Positions 1-14,579 are shown, counted from the stretch's first letter. The stretch: 64,000 nucleotides of DNA from Tubiluchus corallicola (GCA_030141605.1 JAQGDQ010000391.1:155865-219864), one strand, 5' to 3'. The notes: generated by a model from the sequence alone, not told the origin. Made by a program: numbers and translations.

Positions 1-719
1 CATGACCACCACGACCATGACAATGTTCACGGTCAAGAACAGCATGACCACAACGACTATGACAATGACTACGACCACAAACAGCATGGCCACCATGACT
101 CCGACAATGACCAGGAGCAACAGCAACAGCAGCAACAGCAACTACAACAACACCCCACAGCAACCAGTTATCTCGGTCAATAAGAGAAATATAGGTTCTA
201 GGTCTTGCGAGAATTTGCTTCATGACGTTTTGGCTTCATTCAGCAGGGAAAATATAGTACACAAGTGCCTCTTGCTAGTCCATCAAACCACTATGGGAAT
301 GCTTAATAAAGAGCTTGGGAAACATTTGAAGAAAATAGAAGATATCTAGTGATTTTATCTAAGTACACTGAAATCTGATGTTTTTCTTGTTTCTTGCTAG
401 TGAGATTTTTAACAACAATAAGTACATTTAAATGGTATCCATATATAACATATAGACACAATGGTATAATATAACATAATAATAATGCTTAGTAATGCTC
501 CCAAAGTTAAAATTTTAACGGAGGACAAAAGGCTATTTTAAAGTATTCACTTTGGAGAGAAAGATGTTTTACTTTGCATTACTCTTACCTGTTTGAAACA
601 GTTGCGCAATTAGACGATAAACTTTTTAAGAATTTGAAATATTTGCACCACAAGTTAAAACGGCACTGCATCAACATCCCAGTGTGCATCACTGATTCAC
701 AAAGAAACAAACATTATTG

Positions 720-1060
720 ATCTTATTGACAATATAAAGTAATTTAAATTTTCGATTTGTTAGTGAAGAGTGTGCTACGAATGCATTGATTATTTTCTCA
801 AACTTTACACAAGGTTATCTAAACTTAATTCAAACGACTTACCATTAAAATGGCTGCGCCTATACCGTGGGAGTTTGAACATACAAGTTTTACACAGCGC
901 TAACGCAAGCCCTGTACACAATAAGACGGGATGTAAGTGACGTAAAATTTCCAGATGAAGCTTGAGATTTTCAGAAAAATTCCATAAATGAAGTTTAAAA
1001 ACTTTTTAAACTTTATTTATGAAGAGTGTTTTCGTGTGCTTTAACAATATGTCCATTGGT
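720..1060. repeat. Dispersed repeat family, diverged copies at ~2230-2480 and ~38700-38935
   Basis: Shared tgacaatataaagtaattt...gttagtgaa and aaacgac.taccgttaaa.tggctgcg...gtgctttaa segments. Confidence 0.55.
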
Positions 1061-1199
1061 TTACTCACCACGTACATATTTGACACAAATTTTGACCTCG
1101 TGATCTTGACAAAAACAATGGGTTTCCAGGACTTGCCCAGAAATGTCCCTGTGGTAAGTTTGGTGATCGTAGATTCATCAGTTTTGATTTTATTATGCG

Positions 1200-1271
<72 letters not shown>

Positions 1272-1340
1272 GTCAGACAGACTGACTGACTGACTGACAG
1301 AGACACAGACAGACAGACAGACAGACACACGCACGCACAC
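1200..1340. repeat. (CAGA)n microsatellite
   Basis: Directly visible. Confidence 0.95.
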
Positions 1341-2616
1341 GCGACTATAAACAAAGGACGACGTGGGTAAAGACGTAACAATACACCAACGAAGGAAAAC
1401 ATCAATAGGATGGTGACCAGAATTTGGATTTCGTCCACCTTTCTCTACCCTCAGTTCTAGACAGGAAAAGGAAGAAACTTAAAGGACAAGAAAACGCAAT
1501 TTTTATATAAAAAGAACTGACTTGAAATTTTATATCGCCCACATATTGCCAAGTTGTCAATAAGATTAATGATATTTTTTGGTGAGCCAGTTACGCATTT
1601 AGCTAAGCACTGGGATAGTGAAACAGTGACGTTTCACTTACCCGCTGGCAAAAGCCTTTTTAAATTATTGAGAATTTTCATTTGCAGTTACACAAATCTT
1701 TCTAAAGATTAATGCTACGTGATCTAAGCTTTTATGAAAAGCATTTTTGAGATGTTTGTAAGGAAATGTTTTCTTTGCTCCGCCTTTAATGATCGTAACT
1801 AAGGATTAAAGGACAAGAAAAGGGGTACCTGAAGTAGGAATCGCTTTAAAAATTATACTACTTTACAGCAATTTTATGCGCATATCGTATTCGCGTTGAA
1901 AGAAGTTTTCGTTTGTTTTCATTTTACTCCTCCCGCAATACTGTTACGATGACGCCATTATATGACGTCACTACGCCACGTAAATCAGGGGAAGAAAAGG
2001 CAATGTTCAATTATGAACCAAAAAACTTTCCGTGCAAATCTATATTACTTAGCATTTCCCTTACCTGCTGGAAAGACTTATGTAACTAGACTAATAATTT
2101 AAATTGTTTATACCAATTGGTAAAATGTCGCTGACTCACCCTCCAGGGTGCGCCACTCACTAGCCAAAAACGTATTTTTAATCTTATTTATAAGATACAG
2201 TAATTTAAAATTTTACTTAATTAGCAACATGTATGCTACGAATGCTCTGATTATTTTTCAAACTTCATTCAATTTTATGAAAACTTGTTTCAAACGACCT
2301 ACCGTTAAATGGCTGCGTCTAACGGTCATCGCTTGAGTTTAAATTTACAAGTTTTATATATAGCGTTACTTCCGACGCACACCCTGCATGCGAAATGGTA
2401 GTAAGTGGTATAAAATTTGAAGACGAATTTTTTAAGCTTTGTGTAAGTGGAGGGTTTTCTTGTGCTTTAAGAACTTTATCAAAAAATACAGTATGCAGTA
2501 AAGATGCTATTGCAGATTTAGTTCTTTGCATATTCAGATCAATAAGATGCATTAATTGCTGATATACACGAGTAAATTAGTAATCAAAGCATCTGCTGAC
2601 ACACTAATTGAGCCAA

Positions 2617-3972
2617 TTATGAAATATTCTTCCAGGCTTCTCGTCAGATGCTAGTAATATAAAGATAGCGAAAGAAAATTACTACAGCGCAGTGTACATA
2701 ACACATCTATGGTGGCATACACTCCAACCAAATATGTGCATGAAAAAAAGGCGCCCATCATTTTTATTCAGCATCCATAAATGGCCAAAACAATTTATAA
2801 CAAAAAAAATCGATTAATCCCTAAATTTGTGACGGATTTTACTCTTTTGTACAGTTTTTTTATTGATTTCTTAATATTGATAGCTTAGTAATATGCTAAC
2901 AGAATATTAATTTCTAAACTGTCGTGACGTTCTATTTTAGCTGCCTAAGCTCCTTAATCTCACTTAAGATGTACATTGATAAAGTATATTGTACATGGTG
3001 TACCGAAAGAAATTTTGCAGCTGAAAAAATGCTGATATGTTGAAATAATATTATGTTAATGAAGTCACAAAGAAATGTGACTGAACATTATTCGAAACGT
3101 TGCACGAAATTTGACTACAGTAACTTGTTTTTGGTTAAAATTTACAATTTCCCACACACAACAAATTAGTTCGTGAAACGGATTAGGATTTGGGTTAGGA
3201 TTAGGCTTAGGGTTAGGGTTGGGGTTGGGGTTAGGATTAGCATTAAGATTGTGATTAGGATTAGCAATGGGGTTAGGTTAGGATTAGGGTTGGGTTTGGT
3301 GTTGGGGTTAGTGTTAGGGCTGGGGTTGGGGTTGGGATTAGGATTAGGCATAGGGTTAGGGTAGGGGTTGGGATTGGGATTAGGATTAGGCTTAGCATCA
3401 GGGTTGTAGTTAGGTGAGGGCTAGGGTTGGAGTACTAAAACTCTGTGGGGAATTGTAAACTCCTTCCTTTGTTTTTTGTACAACATACGTTCCAGTGTCT
3501 CTTATAGGACTCTGTAAAATGTAATATCGGCAACTGTGGCTCCTGTTCGTGCACTGTTTCTTTTGGAACTCCCTGTATTCAAAACGTTATTATGAAATAT
3601 TCTTCCAGGCTTCTCGTCAGATGTTAGTAATATAAAGATTGCGAAAGAAAATTATTACAGCGCAGTGTACATAACACATCTATGGCGTGGTGTACACTCC
3701 ACCCAATGATGTGCATGAAAAAAAGGCGCCCATCATTATTCAGCATCCATTATTGGCCAAAACAACAATTTATAACAAAAAATCGATTAATCCCAAAATT
3801 TGTGACTGATTTTACTCTTTTGTACAGTTATTTATGGATTTTATTTAGTTTAGTAATATGCTAACAGAATATTAATTTCTAAACTGTCACGACGTTCTAT
3901 TTTAGCTGCCTAAGCTCCTTAATCTCACTTAAGATGTACATTGATAAAGTAAATATATTGTACATGGTGTAC
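2617..3972. repeat. ~385-bp direct duplication (2617-3003 and 3591-3972)
   Basis: Both copies run from ttatgaaatattcttccaggcttctcgtcagatg to tacatggtgtac with few differences. Confidence 0.9.
3138..3468. mobile_element. MITE-like element with internal degenerate (TTAGGG)-like hexamer tract
   Basis: Imperfect TIRs tttacaatttcccaca ... tgtggggaattgtaaa flank ~45 GGGTTA/GGATTA/GGGTTG hexamers. A second copy in opposite orientation lies at 21981-22443. Confidence 0.65.
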
Positions 3973-4784
3973 AATGTGTTATGTGTTGATTAATAAGTTC
4001 TCGCTACTAAATTCTACTAGGATGCATGAAGCTGCAACATAACACATAAAAAATAAATACATCAAAACATGCTAAAGAACTGCATGGTTGTCATGGCTCT
4101 CACGCATTCAATTATGCTGTATAATCTCTTGAAGCTTTTGTGTTGCTGGAAAATCTTGACAAATGGAGTTCAAAAATATCTCATGAGATTTGTGTCAGAC
4201 TTAGCCTATATAATGAAATTCAAGGTTCAGTGGACTGCAATTTCTTTAGCAATGTCGTGAGATTTTAAATTTCCTTGGAGAATGTTTGCTTATCGTCACA
4301 ACAGATGTATCCGAATGTAATGGTTGAAAAAGAGCATATGGCTGACAAAAAATGGGCTGATGTCCTGCTCTGGAGTGGAAAAGCAGTGTCTTTATTACTT
4401 CTTTGCTTCAAACTTTGCTAAGAGTAACAAAAGTAAGACACAACAGTTTTTCTTCTTTATTAATATAATTGCTTATGTATTGAATAGATTAACAATTATT
4501 TGAGGTGTATTAGTTATACTGTTAAGCTAGTTTCTAGTTTCTGAGTAACTGCTTGTTGCGTGTTATACAAGGTTTGTTTTACATCAATATAAACGGATGC
4601 ACTTTTTCCGAGGTTAGTGAGAATTTTTCTAAAATCGGGCGCCTAAAATGTGGCACCCCTCAAACTTTGGCGCCCTTTGCTATAGACTAATTAGCCTATT
4701 GGTTAATACACCCATGTTAATATAGGAGTAAAAATTGGGACCTATACTACTTTAGTTATTTTAGTAAAAACTGAAGTTCACTGT

Positions 4785-5170
4785 ACATAGAAATACATTA
4801 GAAAAGGTTCAGAGAGTTAAAACTAGTTGCTGAGTTAAAAGATTTACCTTACGATGTGTGACTGAATGAATCAAAACTTACATCATTAGAGGATGGTAGA
4901 ATAAGAGGCGATCTCATTGAGGTCATCAAATTCGTTCAAGATTATAATAATGTCAATTATGAAACAATGTTCAAATTAAGAACCCTGATTTACGAGGACA
5001 ATGTTTTACTCTTGAAACTAATAAGATACATTATAATCTAAGGACGTTCTTTTTTTAGTAATAATGTTTGTCTGTGGAGTAGCTTACCTGAGTATGTATA
5101 GTGTTGGCCCCCAGTACAAATGGTTTTAAAGAAAGATATGACCGACACATTCATAATTTGTAAAATAATA
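4785..5170 (+). mobile_element. Degenerate CR1-type LINE 3' fragment
   Basis: Frameshifted translation LEKVQR...LKDLPYD...LTSLEDGRIRGDLIEVIKF...WSSLPE...APSTNGFKERYD matches the CR1 ORF2 C-terminal motif pattern. Confidence 0.75.
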
Positions 5171-6419
5171 CGATATCATTAACAGTGACTGTAGTAATCA
5201 ATTTTAAAAATATTTTTACGATGTGTGCTTTTATGTAGTAGAATTGACACTTTTATCCCACAATAAAATGTAACATGTATTATTATTATGTACAACATTA
5301 GCCCGTTTTCAACATAGGTAGATTGTTGTATGCACACACGCACGCACGCATACATTCGCGCTGTGTTAGTAGCAACGCTGTAGAAAACGTGAACATTTAA
5401 ACTCTCGCGGCCATTTTGACGATAATTGGCTTCAAACAAGTTTAGATAACATTGTGCACGCTGCAATGTTCGACAAAGTAATCAGAGCATTCGTGGAGAG
5501 CATTTCACTAACTAAGCGAAGTACAACTCACTGTATTAAAGATTAAAAGTCAAAAAGATTAAAAATACCTTTTTAGGTGAGTCACTGATGCATACTGGGA
5601 AGGTGAGTCAGTGACATTTTACCAGTTGGTGCAAACATTTAAATGACTAAGAAATTTCTTTTCGTTACAAAAGTCTTTCAAGTTTTTTAAGCGTAATGTT
5701 AATTAATAAAACTTTGTATGAAAATTTTTTGGGACATGCTTTAAAGTTGCCTTTTCTTTCCCTTTATGATGAATGAATTCTGTGCATTACACTCAGTGCC
5801 TGCGTGCGTGATGGTTTTATGTTGTCAACATTACTGCGCGTTTTCTGCGAAATGATTTGTGATTCCCAAAGTCTAAATAAGGTTTACTCACGAACGGTAG
5901 TTGCTAATGCGCGACCAGCAATTACAGCGCGCTAGGGATTGTGGGATATGACCTATGGCTTCCCTCCAGAATGATAATGACTGCAATATTAGTTTAAAAA
6001 CTACCTAAGCTCCAGTATCTTGTGAAATGGTTGGTAAATTAAACGAGAGGTAAGGTGGGATAAGGACGAAATTAAGCGAATTGGGGTGGGTGTGAGAAAG
6101 GAAAGATATTACGAACAGGTTTAGTTTAGTTTAATCTATTTGACACCCATAAAATAAACAAATATATTAAATTTATGACAATAAAAATAGTCAATAGGAA
6201 GCGGAAGGGACGCCAGAGATAAACTGCTTAAATGCGCCTCATAATGTAATACACTACATTACAGAATATTTTTAAGTAAAGTATTATTGAACCTAATGCA
6301 ATATTGTGTGCCTATCGTAATACAAATACCTTACAGGCTATGCGAAGCGCATTCACAAATCTACTTTCGAATATTGGAGAACACTGTCTTCGGACTATTA
6401 AAAATATGTAGTTCTTACA

Positions 6420-6572
6420 TTTCTCTTTCTCTCTCTGTCTCACTCTTTCTCTCTCGCTCTCTCTGTCACTCATTCACTCTCTCTCTCGCTCTCTCTGTCA
6501 CTCACTCTCTTTCTCGCTCTCTCACTCACTCTCTCTCTCTCTCACTCTCTCTCCCCCCTCTCTCTCTCTCTG

Positions 6573-6615
<43 letters not shown>

Positions 6616-6670
6616 TGCTATCACTCTCTACCTCTTTCCTCCCTCTTTTTCTCACTTTCCTTCTCTCTTG
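6420..6670. repeat. (CT)n-rich microsatellite
   Basis: Directly visible. Confidence 0.95.
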
Positions 6671-7029
6671 TTCCTTCTGCTATTGAAATCAATACGGTTA
6701 ATTATTGATTGCCTTCATTACGGCTGTAATCCAGTGCGTGGCTTTTCGCTCCTACAATGTAATTAATAATAGCATGACGCATTGGAGCATAACTGTGGTC
6801 ATACTGATTTACACAACCAACCCAAGAAGCCTAGCTGAAAGTGCTGTAGGCGGCTGATCGATCTATTTGCATCGATTCATGTCTGTTTTATTTAGTCATG
6901 CTTTATTTCACGTCTTTATTTCAAAAGTAAAACCCAACATCTTCTTAATATTCGTTTTTTTACTTTAATTTAGCAGTAAATCTTGCGAGATCATTGTTTT
7001 TTCACCATCCGAAAGACTGAGACAGTCTT

Positions 7030-7200
7030 CAATTCAATTCATTTTTTTATTTCGGTAACTAGGATCATATAAAATGTAAATACAGTTTGAAATAAATGAA
7101 TGAAAATACAATGAAATAAAAATTGCAAAAGTAATTTTGTAGTATACAGGGTTAGTAAATTAAAAGCTAAATAAATTTTAGAGGCGCTAATTATGTAATA
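7030..7200. repeat. Dispersed repeat, inverted copy at ~25375-25546 (probable retroposon 3' tail)
   Basis: aattcaattc...tatttcggtaactaggatcatataaaat is the reverse complement of attttatatggtcttagttaccgaaata...aattgaattgaatt. Confidence 0.6.
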
Positions 7201-9895
7201 ATTTGTTCCATTTCACAATTATGATTTCATCATTTGTTTTAAAATTTTGCAAAACGCGCGTATTTTTTTTTTTTTTGCTTAAAAGAACATTTTTCTGTTT
7301 TCCTTTTTTTTGTTTTCTTTCTCATGGGTCGCGGTAGTTCGAAGTAAAACACAACTAGTTAACTATACTAATTAGCTGCTAACAATATTAATAGAGACCG
7401 CCGCCTTTTTATTTCCGGGCCATTGTTAATGAAAAAATTAAACCAAATCTCAATTTTTAAAATCATTTAAAAATCTTTTTAAAAGAATAAAATAGGCAGG
7501 TTGAAATTCGAAATCGTGACGTGTGGCCCCTGGATAGAATCAAAGGCAATATTTAACTTTTAATTATAATTTAGATGCGAATCAAGTAACTTTCAAACAT
7601 TTCAATGACGTTCGAAACACTTTTATAAAGAATCTAATGTGTGAAGGAACCGGTTCTATGAATCAACGGGTTTTATTTACAGTAGCAACGATCGTTTCTG
7701 TTTACTACCATTACCAATCTGAAAATAAGGCTTTGAGTAACATCATCTTGAGTGACGTTATCACAAAATTCATGAACAAAAGGCATAAAAAACACTACTA
7801 AATAATGAAGTTAGTGATGGGTTAAAGTAGGTATCGTATTGTTATGTACAGAAAAGCTTTCACTATTTCATTCATGTTCCAAAGTCGTTTACTCTAAAGA
7901 GAACAATAAAGAGTACATTAACAAGTAAGAAATTAAATAAAATGATAAACAGAAGCTTAATAATTAAGAAGAAGACAACCTGTTGGTCAAAGTACTTTCA
8001 CAAATTTCACAGATCGAATTCGCAAACTTAATTTAAATTCGTGTAACTTACATCGTAGGCTCTTCATCAAGATTTATAATTTCTCAAGCTACAAATTTGG
8101 TAATAACTAAACGCTGTTGTTAACTAACACAATAACCATAGAAAAAACATTGTTGTGAACAAGAACGCGACCATCATTGTTCTCCTCCCCTTCTCTCTTT
8201 CATCCCAACTACTGCTCGTAGAGGGCAGCACCTTCCAATAAATAAGTGCCATTATGCATATTGCAGTTGCACGTATCGTAGCTAGTTTTTCGTAACGTTT
8301 TGAGATTGACAATGGTTGTGAACCGAAAAGATCGTCACTAATGTAAATAAAACACAAAGATTCTGTTTGACCTTCTGGTGACCCGGGATTATTTGTGATG
8401 GTTGAAAAACCATGCAGCAAACTCCAAATGGTTCTTAATGAGAAAAATTGTTAAAATAAAAAAGGATCTCGTAATAAATAAGACAAGATAAGACACTTGA
8501 TTTATTGTTTGTGTTTAAAGACAACATTAACCGAAGCTAATATAATCGACACAGAGCTTCTTTGCTAAATAGAGAAGCAGCAAGATATTTGCCAGGTGAA
8601 CCAACTTCAGAACGTTAAAAATGCATAAAAGTAATTTTAAAAAATCACTATAAAGTACATAAAAAATAAGTTTGCGTATTTCACATATTCGGGTAACAGC
8701 AAACCAGAATTCAGTACTTAGCGGAAAGACTTACGTAATGTGAAAGGTTGTGAGAAGTCTAGAATCTATCTCACCATCGTGGTAAGTATGATGAGACATT
8801 GTATCGGCAGAGTTGTCTCTGCCACACGAATTCATCCTCTCGCAACTAAATCCAGTTTATAGGGTATGAAACCGCCCTGTGCGAGTATTGAACCATGCGC
8901 CCCCATTCATTTGAAGCCCCATCTAGGCATGTCTGCACTAAACATTTTACCGTGAACGCTCGGCTATTCACATAATGCATGCATAAAATTTTTTTTGAGA
9001 CCAGTCTCTCTCCTTTCAGCATTTAAAGTACATTTCAACATTTGAAAAGACAAAAAATCCATTTGTTTTTATAAAGCTTAAAAGCCGCACTGAAATTTTG
9101 TATCACTTACATGCTATCTTACTATATACTGAGCGTTAACAGTAAGACTGCATAAAACTTAAAGGAAAACCTGACGATTGTGTAAACATTGGTTCAGAAT
9201 AAAGAATGCTCTAAATATTAAAAACTACATTAAATAATAATTACCGCGGATACTCAAATTTCGTTAAACTTTCAAAGCTACGCGCGGCTTAGTGAATCTA
9301 CTAAGATTGGCAACGGCGCCTTTTTGTCACAATGGCGTGGCTGACAAATAGAAGACGGTACCGTGATAAGCATGATCATGAACTGCTGTGTTAATTTCTG
9401 ACGTCACATGATGTACAGCCCATTTTTCTGACATCACGCATTTACGCAGTAACACTTACGCAAACGTGTTTGACGAGCAAGGGAAGCTGCCTTCCATTGC
9501 ACAAAGCAATTCTGACGTAAGCAATAGCTGCGTTCGGTTGCCATTAATTAACTTTCTAACCTAATTATTCAAATATAAGAAACAATTGTTAACTTTTATA
9601 GGCAGGAAAATGTATATTTTGGACAGTAAATTAAAATAAGATTGAGTCTAAACAATCGTCTGGTCTTCCTTTAAAAGTTTAAACTGCAGTCACTTAACTT
9701 TCAGTCTTTTAATAAGAAATTTAAGTTATGCAAGTTCAAATAACATAACATTACATTACATTACATAACGAATCAGAGCAACTGTAACATAAAATTTATT
9801 AACTAAGCAAAATCATATAGAACTTTAAATTATTTTATTTTGTCAGTAAGATGAATATCATTGTTTTTGGTGAAACTGTGACATTTTTTATGCAC

Positions 9896-10376
9896 ACTGG
9901 CACAGTGAAACAGTGACGTTATTGATGCCAACTGGCATAGTGAAACCGTGCAGTTATGGAAGCTAACTGGCACAGTGAAACAGTGACGTTATTGATGCCA
10001 ACTCGCATAGTGAAACAGTCACGTTATGGATGCTAACTGGCATAGTGAAACAGTCACGTTATAGATGCTAACTGGCATAGCGAAACAGTGACGTTATTGA
10101 TGCTAACTGGCACAGTGAAACAGTGACGTTATGGATGCTAACTGGCACAGTGAAACAGTGACGTTATTGATGCCAACTCGCATAGTGAAACAGTGACGTT
10201 ATGGATGCTAACTGGCACAGTGAAACAGTGACGTTATTGATGCCAACTCGCAGAGTGAAACAGTGACGTTATGGATGCTAACTCACTTAGCGAAACAGTG
10301 ACGTTATTGATGCCAACTCGCACAGTGAAACAGTGACGTTATGGATGCTAACTCACTTAGCGAAACAGTGACGTTT
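9896..10376. repeat. 35-bp minisatellite, ~14 copies
   Basis: Unit actggcacagtgaaacagtgacgttattgatgcca; partly alternating variants; lone related copy at ~1609-1635. Confidence 0.95.
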
Positions 10377-11147
10377 ACCAGGTGAGGCGAGTATTTCAAA
10401 TCACCAAGAATTTCCTCTTCCAGTTATAACAGTCTTCCAATAGCTATGTGTAATGATATAAATTTGGATAGAAGTTTTTTTTAGATAAAGCTGCCCGCTC
10501 TTTCCCTTTAATTTGATTCTAACTAGCCTATTTGTAAAGTAATTCACGTTAGTTTGTGTGCTAATGCTGTGAAACTTCGACTCACTCGTCTGGAAACGGG
10601 TCGATGCTAAAGAAAGATGAGTCGTGATTATAGTCGCGTATTGAGCGGTTGTACTGACAAGTGCCATAGCAACAGAAGCTGCTGAGACGAATGCCGACGC
10701 AGCAAATGGCTTAGACGAAATGCAAATCATTTTTATTAAAATGTCAACATGAGAAAATGAAAATCGCATTTCGGCTAGCACGACTAGATTTTGGGAAAGG
10801 AGCTTTCAGCAGGCAACGAAGTGCAGACATTTTCAGACTGAAAACAGCATCATGTCAACATTAGAAAACTGTCATTTCGACCTTTTTGGCACGGGTTGCT
10901 TTTATATACTGACAATGGAGTGTTTAGTTTTTGATCAAGATTGGAAAAAAAGCGCAAACCTCTTCAAACAATTCTTAATTTTGCTGCCTTTTTTTTACTT
11001 TAATTTTTATTCATCTTTATATAAACCGTCTATCATTCCTGGTGACACTATTCAATCCGCAGACAGCAACGAATACCTTAATACAAATCAACTCAATTCT
11101 TGTTCGTTTCGGTAAAACAGTACCATAATTATAAATTTAAAAGAAAC

Positions 11148-11583
11148 TGTGAAAGTTGTAACTGTATATTTTAGGTGCTGCCATCTATTGATTAGTCACT
11201 TTAACATTTTACTAGTTAAAGTCACCCCTAGTACAATTGCTCGGTCCAGTGAATATGCAAACTCACTGGATCTCCCCTATTTTTACTGTAATGGGATATG
11301 TGAAGCCAAGTTTTTGCATAGTTCTCTACCTATATAAACTGGTTGGAATTCACTTCTAGCCACTGTCTCTCTGTCACGCTCTCAGTGACGTGCAGTCGTG
11401 CTACACACTGTCTGACTCACACTCTCAGTGCAGTGCAGCAGTCGTGATCTTCATTTTACTTGTGTATTTTACTCATGTGTATTTAGTGTAATAAACGTGT
11501 TTCAGTTCGGTGCAGATATGTAATATAGTGTTCAGTCGTTTTCTACAAAGTGTTCAACTTCAACTTCATAACTAACTTTCACA
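11148..11583 (+). mobile_element. Solo LTR of an LTR retrotransposon
   Basis: Begins TGTGAAAGTT and ends AACTTTCACA (TG...CA, 10-bp terminal inverted repeat). 5-bp TSD GAAAC on both sides. Internal TATATAAA (~11331) and AATAAA (~11490). Homologous to 34112-34529. Confidence 0.9.
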
Positions 11584-11639
11584 GAAACCACAGACTTCCC
11601 TTTGCTCAAATCAAGCGGAACTTCATATTCAACGAATCC

Positions 11640-12395
11640 AACGAAGAAGTCACAAGAAAAAGTCACATGTAAAAAAATCACGGAAAAATAGCTCAAAGGA
11701 AAAAAGAAATAACCCTATCTCTAACCCTAGCCATAGCTGTTAACCGTAAGCCCTAACTATATAAATATAAATAATGTTTTCAATTTGTACAAGTCATATA
11801 TTGCCAGTTAATAACTGATTTAAAATACTTTCTGGTTTATTACATTAATTGCTTGCGGTACAGATTGTGCCCACTATAAATTAATTTCTGTGATTTTTTT
11901 CCTACTAAAATTGTGGTCTGTTTCTGGCCACCATAACTTAATTGTGACATTTTTTCTGTGACTTTTACCTAGCCAGAATTGTGGCTTTTTCTGGCCACCA
12001 TAACTTACTTGTGACATTTTTTCTGTGACTTTTAACTAGCCAGATTTGTGGCTTTTTTCTGGCCACCATAACTTAATTGTGACATTTTTTCTGTGACTTT
12101 TACATAGCCAGATTTGTGGCTTTTTTCTGGCCACCATAACTTAATTGTGACATTTTTTCTGTGACTTTTACCTAGCCAGAATTGTGGCTTTTTTCTGGCC
12201 ACCATAACTTAATTGTGACATTTTTCTGTGACTTTTAACTAACCTGAATTGTGACTTTTTTTCTGGCCACCATAACTTAATTGTGACATTTTTTCTGGCC
12301 ACCATAACTTAATTGTTACATTTTTCTGTGACTTTTTTCTGGCCTCGATGACTTATTTGTGACTTTCTTTACTGTGACTTTTTTCGAGTGACATT
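11640..12395. mobile_element. Non-autonomous foldback-like element with internal ~68-bp tandem repeat
   Basis: Left arm has aagtcaca/aaaa subrepeats and right arm has complementary tgtgactttt subrepeats, with a taaccct tract between. About 6 copies of ctggccaccataacttaattgtgacatttttt... at 11920-12330. A related short element lies at ~24630-24850. Confidence 0.5.
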
Positions 12396-13117
12396 GTAAA
12401 AGCTATTGTAAAAGCTACAGTATTTGAACTTGTCAGGTTCACCTTTCAGTCTTATAAGCAATTCTCAATGTGTTCGTCGAAGCTGAGCTAGATTATAAAA
12501 ATTTAATGAGACACGAACATTTTGCGGCTAAAATTGTTTTCTCTGCGCATATATACGTAACCTCATTACCTGGCGGTATTTTATTGCTATATTAGTTTGC
12601 TCTTTCCGACGTTTATTTGAAGATAACAAGAGTGCAGAGATTCATTTCGAAGGAAGAATTCAAGTAGCAAGCTCTACGTGAAATTGCCTTACAGCGTGCC
12701 CTTCAGCAAAACTTAATCTCGTTCAATCTCGTGCACTCTCGCGAGATTTGACAGAATTGCCTCAATCAGGCGCCTACGTCGTTGAACATATGAAATAATA
12801 AAATGCGAAGTGCACTAGATGATTAAATGATTTCGTTTCGCATGGAAACGTTTGATCAAACGATACAAGTTTGCATTAATCTTGCTGTCATTGTATTGAA
12901 AAGCAAATAAAAACAAATATAGGCCTGTAACTGACTGCAAACGATTGCAAAGTTTATAATTATAACTAGTGGATAGATAACTAAGCACCCGATGGCTCCC
13001 TTTTCTAAACAAAAATCATTAAAAATTTCTCTTCGCTTTTGGATAATACTGAGTTATTTTATTTGTGCGTTTTCGTGTTGTGTTAATGTACTTTTCGTAG
13101 AAAAAATAATAGCGTTA

Positions 13118-13290
13118 ATAATAATGATGATGACGGTGATAATGATGACGATGGTGATGATGATGATGATGACGATGATGACGGTGATGATGTTGCTGAT
13201 GCCGGTGATGATGATGATGATAATGATGATGATGATGATGATAATGATGATGATGATGGCGATGATGCTAATGATGCCAATGATGATGTT
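13118..13290. repeat. (ATG)n-type microsatellite
   Basis: Directly visible. Confidence 0.95.
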
Positions 13291-14579
13291 GAAAAACAAT
13301 AAATGCAAAATTTGGAGATTTTAATACTTTTAAAATAAAAAAGCTGAAATTTTGCAAAGAAAATATAATTTGTCCTTTAAATTTTGTTTGCGCTTAAATG
13401 TTTCTAACCTACTCAGTTAAATTTCTATGTAAATTGGGTAAAATTATTTTAGGGTACGTTTTTGTGTCTACCCCGCATACAGGCACATTATGAAACAGAA
13501 GTAATATTTGGCTTCATTCATTTACGTTAATCGTACGAAACCCTAAGGCTTCACTAACACATTTGTGGAATTTTTAACAATCGTAATAGATGAAAACGTT
13601 TCAACAATCACAAAATCACAAAATTTCATTGAACGTGAAACTCGTGCACACAAAATGTAATTCTGTTTAACTGAACTCGTAAATTCAAAATTTCCTCCCT
13701 AATCGGGCTCTCAAAAATTCGAACTGCAGAGTTTTTGGAATCAACCTGTCGTATCACAATAAACCATAGTGCAAATGCCACGCGTGCGCAGAGAGAATTT
13801 GCTAGGCTCGTGGAAAGACGAGACAAACAATGGGCACCATTTTGTACAATAGAAAAACATCATTCGATTTCATGGTAAGAACAGGCAATGTTAATGCATA
13901 CCTTACTAACATTTTATGTACAATAGTGAAACATTGCATTTAACGACTGCTCAAAAAAGACACGCTTCAAATTCTTTGAAGTTCAAGAGTCATGCTCCGA
14001 AGATTAATATGGCTAAGACCTTCTAAGACCTAATATGATACCTTTTAAGATTACTGAGTAAGGCACCAGTAAGAATCGCCTTAAAGGGAGCAAAAAAGCC
14101 ACCTAGCTAGCAAAAGATAACTTGTATTGCTAAGATAAGTAAATATGTTCGACAACTTCGACTAAATTTATCTTTGAGAGTAGAAGAACTTGCGCTATTA
14201 GCTCCAGGAGTGGGTGGAATGCTTTAATAAATTGGTAATGGATCAATGTCTATATCAGACGGAATGAGGCTTTGATATATGACGATGAATGATTCACTGT
14301 TGAAATACAGTATTATTCTATTTGCATTCTCTCTGCGCATGCGCGCCATTTAAATCTAGTTGAAACAACTAAGTATACTAGATCTCATATTCTTTACCAG
14401 TGTGATAGTAAATGTAAAAAGGCAGAAATGAAATGCATTGCAGGTCTAAGCCGCCATATTGCAGAACTTATCTTTTATGCAAAAGACATGGTAACAACTT
14501 TTGCATGTCTTTAACAACAATATAGTTTAAAGAACAATAAAAATTATTAGGCTAAAAAAATTTTCTTTATCAGTGACAA

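Noticed and set aside
9896-10376. 35-bp repeat as a CRISPR array
   Set aside because: Units are head-to-tail with no unique spacers, there are no cas genes, and the context is eukaryotic.
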